This document shows positions 46,080 through 58,859 of a stretch of DNA of 64,000 bases, piece after piece. The translations under genes were made by a program, and so were the position numbers. Each line of letters starts with the position of its first letter. Positions within the stretch are counted from its first letter, which is position 1. The DNA comes from Vairimorpha necatrix (taxonomy: Eukaryota): the NCBI GenBank assembly GCA_036630325.1, contig CP142732.1:682001-746000 (forward strand), in the 5' to 3' direction. The notes beneath the pieces are model-generated. The model did not search any database. It saw nothing but the letters and a program-made list of their open reading frames with translations, and was not told the origin of the DNA.

Positions 46080-47925
46080 ATAAATTTTATAACAAGGGGT
46101 CTATAAAAATGAAACGAGGTTTTTATAAAAAATAAATGAGTTGTCTTTTAAAATTTAACAAGGGTTCTATAAAAATAAAATGAGGTGTCTATAATTATGA
46201 AACAAGATGTCTATAAAAATGAAATGGACTGTAAATTAGAACCAATAGATTTCTAAAGTCTCGATTTTGATATCCGACAGTTACTTATTAAGTACCAGGT
46301 CCATCTACGGCCAGCCTGCAAGGAAAGACTATACCTACCTAGATCCGAATTTGGTAGAGGCCTCATAAGTATCGAATATAGAAGCGAAAATATGCTTCTG
46401 AATATTTATAAAACAACAGATGAGTATAGAAATAGCTCACTAAGACGAACAGCGATACTTAAAGTAGAGGCAGAGAACAAATCGCACTTGTTTACAACTA
46501 ACGAGTATATAAAGATTAGGTATAGCTTTGTAGGAGAGATAACCCAGAAGATGCTAATATAATCCCCCAAAAACGCTCTACAACAAAATTGACATAAGGA
46601 CAAACCATGGAAAGTTGTTTAAAGCTAGGAGTAATGATTTAGTAAGCATTAGGGACTCTTCTGACTGGCTGGTTAAGGAAACAATCAGGCCAGATTCGAA
46701 GCAATTTACTGCTATCTACAGAATAGAAATATTTTCTGTTGACAAGTGGGACAATGTCCCCATTGTGGATCTCATAGGAAGACCGTGAATCATTTAGCTA
46801 CCTAGTGTGATCGAATGTTTGGTTTTGATTATATGAAAAGACACAACGAGGTATTTTGTTGCATTTATCTCTTACTATGTATTTATATGGGTTTAAGAAG
46901 GCAAAGAAATACATGAACACTCGGTACAAGAGATCGTGGGAAATGATCGTGCAGAATAAGAGTAGATACGAGAATTTCCACTAATACAAATGTGACCCAT
47001 AATAATCCGGATATTCTTGTATTTGACAAGACGAATAAGAAATTTTAATAGTTGAAGTTGGTATAACCAACCCATATCGACTTATTATAGTCGAGAATGA
47101 AAAACTAAGAAAATATGGACTTCATGCAAATGAACTGGGACTAATACATAAATCTCGGACAAGAATAGTTCCTAATGTAATGACATGAGATGGAGTGGTG
47201 ACCAAATATCACAGAAAGTACATCAGGAAGCTGGAAATCCAACCCTACTTGGAAGCAAACATCCAGTCTATTGTGATTAAGAAAATATTAGAATCCACCT
47301 TGATGGAACGACGACTAGGATACGATCAGCAAGATGCAGGGAAGAAGTAGTGGCTAGAGCTGTAAGCACACTAGAGAATATGGCGACTGTTAAAGAAGTG
47401 GTTTCGGCAAAGGGAAATGGAGCTGAAAAAAGTGAAGTTGGAAAGTATTAATAATTCCACAGAAACCAAAGCCTGTAAAGAGCTGAATCTTATGACGATG
47501 CCGGGGAAAAATGTGCTATGAATATCTAAGCTTAATGATAAATTGGCTCAATAAAACTTTAAAATTTCTAAGTTTTGAATGCTTCTTAGGTAAAAACCCC
47601 AAATATCAATAGCCCTTGAACTCAAAACGGTTATTAAGAAACATAAATTTATTTATTTGATCAATTTATGGTAAATATTAAATGATGTTTTATATATCAT
47701 TGATGAAAATTTATACTTCCAATAATAGCACATATAATTCATCGTTTAATAGAATAAATTGATCTTAAATACTTATTCTCGTAAAAAAAGTACCATATTA
47801 TTATATCAAAATAAAGATTATCTTTATATAGTTCTTTGATGTAGAAATTATTGCAAAAAAAATCAATTTGTATCAGTAATGATACAGCTAGATTATTGCA
47901 AGATCCAAGCTTTACAATGAACAAA

Positions 47926-48775
47926 GGCTGAAGATGCCCAAACACCCCCCCCTCCCCCTCAGAGGGTGTTCACTTTATTTTTTCGAACCCCAAAATTGAA
48001 GTGCAAAATAAAGGAGGAGCAAAGAAGAGACAAAAATTACTAAGCACTTATTACATTAAAAACAAAAAATAAACATACGTTTATGTACAGAATTATATTT
48101 TAATTTAAGTTTGTATATTTATAACAATTGATAAGCAGTTTTTACCCTTCTGATTTATTAGAATTGGGGACCAAAATGCCTTCCTCTGAGGGTGTTCACT
48201 TTATTATTTTGAACCCCAAAAACGAAGTGCAAAATAAAGGAGGAGCAATCATTAGCATTCAAATTACTTGCATCTTTAAACAGTAAAAATACCAAATAAT
48301 TATATATTTGTATACGAAATTTAATTTAAAAAAAGAATATAATCATAAAACTACATAATTTTAAATAACTTGGCATCTTTCAAATTAATTTTTTTGATTT
48401 AACAATCTGTATAGATCGTTGAACATTTATTTAAATTTTCTTATATAAATAATATTTATAATTTTAATTACTGGTTTATTATAAAAGTAGATTTTTGAAG
48501 AAAATCTACTTTTATAATAAACCAGTAATTAAAAAAAAATTTAGAAAAATAAGAAGGGCAAAAAAGATACAACACTTTAAATTATTATTAGAACTACATT
48601 TAAAATTAATTTTTGTATACAAGCATATATTTTTTTGGTATTTTTAATGTAATAAGTACTTAGTAATTTTTTTCTCTTCTTTGCTCCTCCTTTATTTTGC
48701 ACTTCGTTTTGGGGGTTCAAAAAAATAAAGTGAACACCCTCTGAGGGGGGGGGGGGTGTTTCGGATCCTTCCTCC
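47926..48775. mobile_element. Non-coding long-TIR element (MITE/foldback, probably Merlin-mobilised)
   Basis: GG...CC ends, 8-bp TSD TGAACAAA at 47918-47925 and 48776-48783, imperfect TIRs of >130 bp. Confidence 0.85.
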
Positions 48776-49191
48776 TGAACAAATAGTTTTATATATGATC
48801 AAAAAATTAATATAGGCAATCGTGGAATAATTAATAGAAATGCTGATTTTTTATGATCACAATTTTTAATTTTTAAGATCCATAATAAAAATGTAAAGCG
48901 AATATATTACATAAAATAAGTTTCTAAATTTCGAGGTTTTTTTGATAAATTAAAGAATATATTGTATATAAAAAAATGATAGATTTTATAACATAAATAA
49001 GTCTTTTTTTCTACAACCTCGTATTTCATACAGAAAAGTAGTAATTTATAGTAAACACTTTCAAAACATAAAATTTTATAGTAAGACCTTAGATTTAAAA
49101 TGTATTTTTTGTTTCAATATGTTTTCCGATTCCGTATATCTAAATTTAGAATTATTTCAGTGTTTTCGTAAACAAAATAAAAAAATACCCT

Positions 49192-49673
49192 ATGAATTTT
49201 TTTTCTATTCTATTTCATAAAGTTCTAAAATTAAAAAATGAAAAAGTAAATGAAACAAACCCAGTACTCGATTGGGCCAAACAAGATAATATAATTACTG
49301 TTGAAGAGTCCAGAATAACTTTTTATAAGAGGCTTCAATATGGTATATATTCAAACGCATTCAAGCCATTATTACCAGTCAATAGCAAAGACAATGATAG
49401 TCGAAACAATAAGAAAAAAGACAATCAATCTTCGGATTTACCGATAAATGTACAAAGCAATGAATGCAATGATTTCCCAGTGGATCTACGTTGAAATCTA
49501 AAAGTATCCTGATGCAAAAGCTTTTGTCATTTTCGCGTCGTTGTAATTCATTCTTGGAAAAATATAATCTTATCTTGATCATATTTCTTTATTTTTTGTT
49601 TATTTTTGGAATTGGTTTTTATTCTGGAAAATTAGTGCAATTTTTCCTAAAACGAACAAACAATGAAGATTAA
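49192..49673 (+). pseudogene. Tandem-family member 1 (signal-peptide-like N-terminus, C-terminal TM), frameshifted near 49470
   Basis: CCCT-ATG start; the second ORF carries the LFIFGIGFY TM segment similar to 52459-52836. Confidence 0.6.
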
Positions 49674-50407
49674 TTTGGTAATAATAAATTTTTATTTAAA
49701 AACATATCTACGTTACTTTAAAATTTCATTAATTTTAAGCTATGATCATCACTATCAATTTTTTTATATTTGCAACGAACTACTAAAAAAATGACTGGTC
49801 TACAAAAGATCTAACACTGCTTTACGGAACAAAATTAAAAGTTCAAGTATACCTTACGTTATTATATCATTTTTCATATAACTTCTAGATGTTCCTCGTG
49901 GATGAATTAACAATAAAAATACCATTAACGTGTTTATTAGATTTGATTTTGAATTATTTCATGAAGAAAAAATCATTTTTTAAAGTTTCATGGTTTACTT
50001 ATCAAGACTGCACAATATACATTTGAATGTTTTTTTTGTTGGTTAAATGATTATTTAGCACTTCAATGAAAAAAATGATAATACGCATATTTCTTTTAAT
50101 GTGGTCTATAATTTAGAATTGCGTCCGTTAGGCTTGTTGGATTACACTATACATAAATAGGTGAATGTTGAATTATTAAATTTTTAATTTAAATATAATA
50201 TATTGCCCTTACAAATGTAAATATATACTTTAGTGTGTAAAATCAAAAACAAAGTACAACAAGATGTTTGTTTTATATATTGATTATCTTTTTAACAATT
50301 TTTTGAAATATATCAACATATACAACAATTTGAAGTACGTTACCATTAAATCTCTGTATTGTAAAAAATATATATATATTACATTTTACAATTCAAAAAA
50401 TTTACCC

Positions 50408-50890
50408 ATGATTTTTTTATATTTATTAATTCAAAGCATTTTAGCGACAAAGTATAAAGAAGAGAATAACAGCGTACCATTACTAGTTCAGAGTAATCAA
50501 GAAAATGAATCAAGAGCCAAGAAACACAAAAAAATCTTAAATAAGTATACTGACAAAGTATACGCACAACCCTTGCTTTTTAATGAATCTACTTACTATC
50601 CGAAAGTCCACATGTCTTCAAAAAAAAATTGGAATCAAGGATCAGAAACTTTTAGTAGCTCTTCCCAGGAAGTAGTAGTTGACGTTCCATACAATGAACA
50701 TTTAATTGATAGATATGGCGCTATGGAGAGAATATATAGACCAACGACAGTGCCAAAAGGTTCGGCTCAAAATTTGCGCTTTTGTTTTTTGAGCTCTAAC
50801 AAAAAAGTAGTGATTGCTTCCGTTATTGCAATATTTATAGTATTTTCTTTGTCTATTTTTGTTGGACGTTATACGAATCTATACAGATGA
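50408..50890 (+). CDS. Tandem-family member 2
   Basis: CCC-ATG, MIFLYLLIQSILATKYKEENN, C-terminal TM helix. Confidence 0.75.
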   Translation: MIFLYLLIQSILATKYKEENNSVPLLVQSNQENESRAKKHKKILNKYTDKVYAQPLLFNESTYYPKVHMSSKKNWNQGSETFSSSSQEVVVDVPYNEHLIDRYGAMERIYRPTTVPKGSAQNLRFCFLSSNKKVVIASVIAIFIVFSLSIFVGRYTNLYR

Positions 50891-52458
50891 TTGATACGGA
50901 TCAATAAATTTTTTCTTTTAATTGTTTTTTATTTTTTATAAAAGACATTTTACAATTTCTTAATACAATTAGTAACTAATTCCGTTGCATAGTTCTAATT
51001 ATAAGACAAGAATACGATACATTCATTCAAAACTTTATTTTTCATACGATTTAAGGAACATAACCATAATACACCTCTTTATATTGTCCGACTTAAAATT
51101 TATATTTTTATATATTACAACGATATCTATCATTATAACCCTGTTTTTTAGTTTAAAGCCAAGCCCCCGCGCTTAAAAAAAATCAAAATTACAAATAGCA
51201 TGATTAGATAATGATATGATCTAATTTGCATATTTATATATTAAACATCAAATTTTTTTTATAATAACATTTAAACAAATTTGATTATTACATCTTTTCA
51301 TTAATTCTTTATATTAAATTTATTTTTATTCCATTGTATTTGTCGAGAGTAGCAGACATTAGAGTATTTTATAATAAACTGTAGCAATTCAGCATTTCTT
51401 AATATATTTTATAAATTTATAGAATAAATGTCATACATATTACTATTTAAGCATAACAAAGATTGATTTGGTATTTAAATTTTTAGTTCTATGACCAAAT
51501 ATAGAAAAATTCCGATCATTTTTTCGAACATTATCAATTCATATATAGCATCAATTTGTAACAATGGCATATTAAAGTTACTAAACTTTTAATTGATCAA
51601 TATAAATTCTATATTTTTTGCAAAAAATTATCTATATATTTAAATTCACCGAAAAAAATCCATGATTGTCAGATTCATCGAAACATCTTTTTATTATACT
51701 TGCATCTATGCAACAAACCAATATAATTTTATCAAAGTAATGACATATTGAATATTTAGTAATTTTAATTAATAGTAAAAATCTATATATTATAATAAAA
51801 AATATTGTTACATACTTTTATTTGATATTTTTTTCGCTGCGATTTTCTAAACTTGTATTTTTATGTATAGAGACGACCTTTTAAAACTTCTCTTTTTTAA
51901 TAGTATTAACTAAATCTATTGTAATGTAACTAAATTTTGTGAATTCTATTTATTAATAGTTGTAAAAATGATAAAATACAATGATGCAAAAAAATCATGA
52001 AATTTTTTATTCATACTATTAAAATTTTTTTAATATTCTAAGCGTAATATTTTTTATAATTTATGACGATCAAGAAACTTGACTACGATATTATATTGCA
52101 CGAGTCTCATAATAAAAAGTTGTTTGTTATGGTATATGTATATTGAATTTTTGCTGAAATATGACGTGTATAATTAATCGGAGTTTGTTCTATAAATAGA
52201 TAGCTTAAAAAAAATTAAAAGACAAATTTTACTTAGGCACACTATAGAATTCTGATGCTATATAAAGTAGTAAGATTAATTATATATGAACAATAAGAAC
52301 TGTTATAAATGTACTAAAATAGATAATAATGGTATAATTTTGTTATATATGTCCTTTCAACTTCAATAGTCTAAAGACATAGAATTATTCTATTTTCATC
52401 AAAAGTTTAATTAAAAAACTTCCAAAATATTTTTTATAAAAAAGAAAAAAATACCCCC

Positions 52459-52836
52459 ATGAATCTTTCATATCTACTATTTCAAAGCGTTTCAGCAATA
52501 AGATCCGAAGAAGAAAATAATACCAACCCATTTATATATCGAATTAAACAAGAAAGTAATAAATCTCTTGAAAAGTCCGATTTATTATGTGAGGTATGTA
52601 ATTCTACTGTATCAACCAATGTCCGAGACAGAGAGAATAAAATTTATACAATTAAGAATGACAGTGAGCATTTATCTACATCGAATTTTAAAACTAAGTC
52701 AATACAAATATTTTTGAAAATCAAACATAGTGTTTCTTCGTTTTGCGATGAAAATTGTGCAAGATTTTTTTATGCTTTCTGTTTGTTTCTGTTCGGGATT
52801 GGATTTTTTTGGGGCTTGAATCGACCTCTTTACTAG
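52459..52836 (+). CDS. Tandem-family member 3
   Basis: CCCCC-ATG, MNLSYLLFQSVSAIRSEEENN, C-terminal TM helix. Confidence 0.75.
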   Translation: MNLSYLLFQSVSAIRSEEENNTNPFIYRIKQESNKSLEKSDLLCEVCNSTVSTNVRDRENKIYTIKNDSEHLSTSNFKTKSIQIFLKIKHSVSSFCDENCARFFYAFCLFLFGIGFFWGLNRPLY

Positions 52837-53517
52837 ACCATTGTAATAAAAACTCCAATAGTTATAATCTACAGTTTATAATTTTAAACAAACTCATTTT
52901 ATATTACAAGAACACAAATTTTCAAAACATAATTAGACTTTGTTCATTTTAATCATTAAAATTATAAAAATTTTTACAAAAACAAAAATTATGTTTGGGT
53001 GATCAGTAAATTTTTTATTTAATACAAATGTATGTGCAAACATGACTCTTCTTGTGTTAGTAGCATCTAAACTGTTTATATGCCATTTATTAAATATTAA
53101 ATAGAGCCTGCGGCTGTTGTTAGTTTAAAATTTTTAGGTAATAATAATAACAAAAAATTAAAAAGTAACACGTAAATTTACAAAATTGACATAAACACTG
53201 CAATTTACTATTTTAAATGCTTGTATCAAAACAAACGTAAATTTAGTGCAATAATTGTACTAACATGACTCAGCAGTTTGAGAGAATATACTATATAGAT
53301 CAGTAAAAATACCAAGAGACGTTATGACACCTGAATCTGCTACATTTCAATTATTTTCAAAAAATACTTACATTATTATGTTAATTCTAAAGTTGTCAGT
53401 GGATGGATATATAAATGACTAGAAAATAAATTTGTCATGTGTTACTACATTTAAATATATTTTCATTAAAGAAAAATGATATCTGATTTATTTAAATTTT
53501 TAAAAAAAATTGGCCCC

Positions 53518-54000
53518 ATGGATTTTTTACATTTATTAGTTCAAACTATTTCAACAACAAAGCACAAAGAAGACACAAATCTTTTAGAGAATTCGCTTCA
53601 AGATGAACATTTCGACGTGATAGCTATCGATTCCCACAAAATAAATTTTAATATGGATCATCAAGAGGGGATTTTCGAAAGGTCTAGAAAACTGAATGAT
53701 TCTGTATATGATTCAAAATTGCACATGTCTTCTCAGAAAATAGTAAATGAAGGCGCCAGTACTTCCGGAAATTCTTTATTATATACAACAATCAGTGTGG
53801 AAAATGACGAAGAGGATCATAGTGAACTTGTTAAGTTAGAAAAAGAAAAAAAATCCCTAAAATTACCAGAAACTTATTGGGAACATATACGTTTTGCCTG
53901 CGCAAGTCTCGGCAAAAGAGAAAAGATATATTCTGTTGTTACAATAATTATAACAACTATTGCACTTATTTCAGTCGTAATTTGGGTTTCTTTTTTTTAA
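53518..54000 (+). CDS. Tandem-family member 4
   Basis: CCCC-ATG, MDFLHLLVQTISTTKHKEDTN; shares NxSxYxxKxHMSS with member 2; C-terminal TM. Confidence 0.75.
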   Translation: MDFLHLLVQTISTTKHKEDTNLLENSLQDEHFDVIAIDSHKINFNMDHQEGIFERSRKLNDSVYDSKLHMSSQKIVNEGASTSGNSLLYTTISVENDEEDHSELVKLEKEKKSLKLPETYWEHIRFACASLGKREKIYSVVTIIITTIALISVVIWVSFF

Positions 54001-55394
54001 AAATGATCGACAAGTACAATAAATTTTAAATTCTTATTTTCTTAGATATCGCACAATATATTACACGGCTTTATTCGATCATGTTTGGTTTCTATTTTTC
54101 ATCGACTAATTTCAGTCCATGCATTTTTAAACTTATTTTTTTATAATATTATAATTCCAATATATTTTAATTGGACAAATGTCTTACTTACTAATTATTT
54201 TTGACAAGCTATACTCACAATCTCTTCTTGAAGTTCCAAGAACTCCTTCTGAAATTCACATATTGGGCTCTCGAATACCTCTTACTAATGAGTATTAAGC
54301 TCATATCTGATTGACATGGTTAGGCTTTCTTAAGTCATGTTTAAGACTCTGGTATGTATATATACATGCGTTTTGAATTTTAATCAGAAATCCTTGGTAT
54401 GCGCCCGGTGAAAATTAGTTACTTATAATACTAAATAAATGGTCCAGATTTTATTAAAAAATTATGACTCTAAAATTGTTGTAAAAAGATTATTTCTATT
54501 TCTCATTTACGATAAAAATTATGCTTCTACGTAATTTTTTTCGTAGTAACTCTATTCATGATTAAAAAATTTAACGAGCAGATCAGAAACTCCAAATGAT
54601 GTCATAAACGTTGAGTAAAATCCATTTGATATTCCAGGAATAAAAAAGTAAAGCAAGCGAATTTTAAAAGCGAAATTTTTAATCCATATAAGTTAGGTTT
54701 TAAGAATATTGAGTAAAGTAGAACTTTTTATTGTATAATCTTTAAACTTTAGATGCTTGGGGGTTTCCTTGCGTGTATGTGTAAGAGAATGCCATATGAG
54801 TTATTCTAATTCAATGTCAAATATTCTGTAGCTCTATAAGTAATATTTTAACAAATTTTTAGACAATCAAATTTAAACTGTTCGTTGGTCTTTAACAATA
54901 ATATTTCTTTGATATGACGTCTATGTTTGCATCACATGGTCATCGTTTTGATCTTATTATATGAATTCGAGTTATAAGCTGTAATAGGTATTACGTGAAG
55001 CTTGGTACTTTTGTTGTTATATTTTATAAATAAATTACATACAAAGGTTACATTATGACAGAGCAATTTATCTTATTTTGTAATATTTAGTTTATTTTAT
55101 TGTAATAAAAATGTGTATTGCTCCTGATTTAATATGTATACTTTATATGTATTTGTGTTAGTACTTCAATTTTGTTGTCAAATTTAATATAGTTTAATTT
55201 AAAACGTAAATCATATAAATTAATTTCTCTAAATCAATCATAACAGATTGATATTTGACAGCAAAACGTCCTATGAAAATTCCAAAAATAGTTATAAAAA
55301 ACTAAAATATCTTCCAAATTAAAGCAACTTCATTTTTTCACTTTAGACTTAATTAAAACAGTGTTACTATAAAATTTCGAAATAAACTCACCCC

Positions 55395-55685
55395 ATGAAT
55401 TTGCTATACCTTCTTATTCAATTTATACAAACAACAGGTTGGAATGAACATAACAATGGCGATGATATATCTCGGAGAAATAATTCTAATAATGAACAAG
55501 TGGAAGAAAAGAAAAAGTGGCGCGCTTTAACATTTAGAGAAGACAAAATATATAGAAGAAAAGAGCCTCTTATAGATGGCAATATTTTCTTTCAACTTTT
55601 TTGGTTACCATGTTTGTTTGTTGTCTTTTATGCGGGGCTCTTTGTGGCGTCAATTGGTTTTTATTATATTTTTTTCAATAAATGA
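55395..55685 (+). CDS. Tandem-family member 5
   Basis: CCCC-ATG, MNLLYLLIQFIQTT, C-terminal TM helix. Confidence 0.7.
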   Translation: MNLLYLLIQFIQTTGWNEHNNGDDISRRNNSNNEQVEEKKKWRALTFREDKIYRRKEPLIDGNIFFQLFWLPCLFVVFYAGLFVASIGFYYIFFNK

Positions 55686-55772
55686 TTTTGTTAATTTTTT
55701 TTGTGTTGCGTTGTAAATTATGATAATGCATGGAGTATTTTCACTTTGGCTCCCTTACCAATATAAATACAG

Positions 55773-56556
55773 GTAGGTGCCCTTAGCCCAGTGATAGAAG
55801 GCGAAGCTTTAAATGAGCAATGGCTGGGTTCGATCCTTAGGGGCAAAAAAATTGTTTCTACTTTCTATGATGCAGTTGGAACAACTCAGATGATGAAAAT
55901 GTCCACGATAATCATTAAGTTGATTCAATGAAACTTGTGTGTGTCCAGCCACACGGGGATTAGCATCTAGTGTAGAAACGCACCTCAAAGTCAAAAAGCA
56001 GTATCACACTTTGGTGACTTAATAACACATAAAAGTATCTAATGGGTACGGCCTAGTTGGATCCCATGGCTGGTGCACTATAGAGTGGGATTCTAGAGCT
56101 AACTAAGAGACTAGACGATGTAGGGCAATAGAAGGTCTCATGATCTTTATCCTACAAGATTCTGTAACACGGGGCCGAAACTAGTGAAAGACTGCTGGTC
56201 AACGCAGCCCAATAAAAAGTTGATGGTGATGTGGTCGTGCAAGGAGCCGTGTGTGCAATACAGATGATTGTAGGGACCTTTGAGTCAGTACGACTATGTT
56301 TCCCCTCGGGTTATAGATAACCATGCCCGTTAAGTATATCCGCTGTGAGGTCACTCTGGACGCGATTTGAGGTATAAATGGAAAGTGTTCTCCCCGAGTC
56401 AAAGTCCAATGGATACGGCGGAGCTTGCTGCACCGGCAAGTTGTATGGAGGGAGTTTTAGTGAGAAGAATCCCGCAGTACCAGTTGGATGAGAATTCCAC
56501 CCAAAGTCTGGTCCCTATGTAGGTTTCTCCCTGCCTCTTACTTGCAAGAAAAAAAA
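55773..56556 (+). mobile_element. tRNA-derived SINE-like retroposon (~780 bp)
   Basis: 13-bp TSD AATATAAATACAG at 55760-55772 and 56557-56569; tRNA-like head with A box TAGCCCAGTGA and B box GGTTCGATCC; A-tail; no convincing ORF. Confidence 0.8.
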
Positions 56557-57179
56557 AATATAAATACAGAATTTTTTATTTTTAGCCCTGTTCTTCGAAA
56601 GTCGAAGCGGAAAATATGCTCAAGAGCAAAAATCAAAATAATAATTTCTAATAAAATATCATAATTACCAAAAATAAATAATTTATCTTTCGTTTTTTTT
56701 ATTATTTCTTCTTACACTTGTTGATCAAGACTTATCTTTATTGCACATTGCAATGTTCTTTAGAGATAAGTCTCGATTTATCTTTATATAAACAATATAA
56801 TATAAAATTTTTACATCTTTTTAACGCATATCATTAACATATATACAATTATGTAAATGTATGATATTTTACTTTTAGACGGAAAATATAATATATCATA
56901 TGAAATGGATGTTTTATAATTATTAAATCTTAAAAAAATATAAGTATTACATATTACAACATTGTTTAGCTATAAAAAATCAATGAAATACAAAAAAAGA
57001 CCAAATTAATCCATATATACTATAAAATAATATGAACCTAACCTAGAATTTGTTTACGATAAAAAAATAAGTAAAAAATGTTTAATATAACTAAAATATA
57101 TTGTAATGACTAAAAATTGAAAGATATTTTCACAAATTTGAGTGGTTTTAAATGCATATTTTAAAGTAATACATTTTTG

Positions 57180-58202
57180 GGCTAAAGTAAGCATTAGCTA
57201 CAAAAAATCGATATAGGGTTTTTTTGTTTTTTTTTGCCCCTTTTTTTTAAAAATGGAGGAAAGAATTCGGACAAGAGAAGAATTGGAGATCATGTATAAT
57301 GATCTAATAATAAAGAAACAAAATAAAAAATGTAGCGTCTGAAATTAAAAAATGAAGCAAAGAGGGGAGCAAAGAAGTCTCATAAGGTGTCCATGGAGCT
57401 CTTGTAAAAACACAATTTCAATTTGGAATGGAACTTTCTTTCAGGAGTCCTCGCTAAATCACATTACAATATTACAAAACTAAATTTATGGATTTTAGGT
57501 TATTCACGTAAGTCCATTTCTCAAGTTTTAGGTTGTACTAAATCTTCTATATCTTCCATTATAAAAAATTTAAAACACATGAGTCTTTATGATAAGTATT
57601 TATCTAGTATAGGGACTATTGGAGGCGATAATACTATAGTGGAAATTGATGAGACTAAGATTGGGAAGAATAAATACAATAGGGGGAAGTTAGTAAAAGG
57701 ATTTTGGTGTTTTGGAATGGTTGAACGTACCATCCAACGTAGAATCATAGTAGTATATATTAAGAAAAGAGACAAAAGAACACTTACTGAATTTCTTTTA
57801 AAATATGTAAGTAGAAGCAGTATTATATATAGCGATATGTGGAGAGCGTATCATTCTTTAAATACAATGTTTAAACAACATCATATGGCTAATCATACAT
57901 TACATTTTAGAGATCCGAATACAGGAGTACATACCAATACCATAGAAAGTATTTGGTTATCTCTAAACCATTCTATACCAAATAGAAACAGATCATAGAA
58001 TAGCACTAAACTTTATTTATTTAGATATATGATCCAAAGAAACTCCACAACTCCAGTGTTTGAAGATTTATTAAAATATTTATTCTAGTTTTTATTTTTG
58101 TTCCTTCCTCATCATTTTCTTTCCTCCATTTTTTAAAAAAAGGGGCAAAAAAAAACAAAAAAACCCTATATCGATTTTTTGTAGCTAATGCTTACTTTAG
58201 CC
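57180..58202 (+). mobile_element. Merlin DNA transposon (second family)
   Basis: ~80-bp TIRs GGCTAAAGTAAGCATTAGCTAC...; 8-bp TSD CATTTTTG at 57172-57179 and 58203-58210. Confidence 0.94.
57253..58088 (+). pseudogene. Merlin (IS1595-type DDE) transposase, disrupted
   Basis: VEIDETK, KYNRG, IYSDMWRAY and HTNTIESIW motifs; stops and frameshifts at both ends. Confidence 0.88.
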
Positions 58203-58859
58203 CATTTTTGAAAAGATTTACAATAATGTTTTATTGAATATTAATCAAATTAGATCTTAATTTGACCTTTTTTAATGCAATGTAGATTTTTGTTTGTTCC
58301 TTTCCGCTCTAGACGCTTCGACTTTCAAAAACAGGAATGAAAGTAAAAAAACTCTGTATTTATACTGACAAGGTGGGGCTAATGTGAAAATTAGCCTACT
58401 GTATTATGAAAGTATTTAAATATGATGTAGATATATGCAAATAGCTAAGAATACATATAAAATAATTCGTTTACAGACCGAATAGTCTTTATTTGATGTC
58501 ATTACTGCTTCTCGGGAAGACAAACACGATCTACGGTTTCAATTTATTTCTTAGTGTAAAAAAGTAGGATTAAACATGACATTATCAACACTCTTACATC
58601 TTATAATAATTTAATTTATTGCATAAAAAAAATATATTAACACAGTTTATTGTATCATTCATATTTTAACCTTTATGTATAAAAAAATTATTTGACTCCA
58701 TTTGCAATACAATATAGTTTTTATTGATACTTGTTATAGAATAATAAAACGTAAGAACAGTTTAAATTTATTTATTAATAAAAAACTTGATTTTTTGCGT
58801 TATTAAAATACAAATTGATCAGAATATTCAATAGGTGTCACATCACAATAATATCTACA

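Larger units (their letters stand above)
41401..46231 (+). mobile_element. Tc1/mariner-IS630 DNA transposon interrupted by an LTR element
   Basis: TIR CAGTCCATTTCATTTTTATAG, TA TSD at 41399-41400 and 46232-46233, subterminal ~24-bp tandem repeats; removal restores LINE codons VGLLKLEP. Confidence 0.92.
37040..47555 (+). mobile_element. Degenerate RLE-type (R4/Dong/NeSL-like) non-LTR retrotransposon with nested insertions; ends approximate
   Basis: KAAGCDG, FRPITC, GAKEQ, WIDVKKAYDSVDH, GILQGDSLSPLLF, HLLFVD, CPHC..H..C knuckle, PDIL and IVEVG endonuclease motifs, spread across stops and frameshifts. Confidence 0.88.

Noticed and set aside
50264-50407. Upstream in-frame starts given by the ORF track (also 53476, 11892, 14925, 17952, 28844, 33047)
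   Set aside because: Downstream ATGs fit the CCC motif and/or the family or signal-peptide N-termini better
55778-55845. Functional tRNA gene
   Set aside because: No proper anticodon arm; it forms the head of a TSD-flanked, A-tailed insertion
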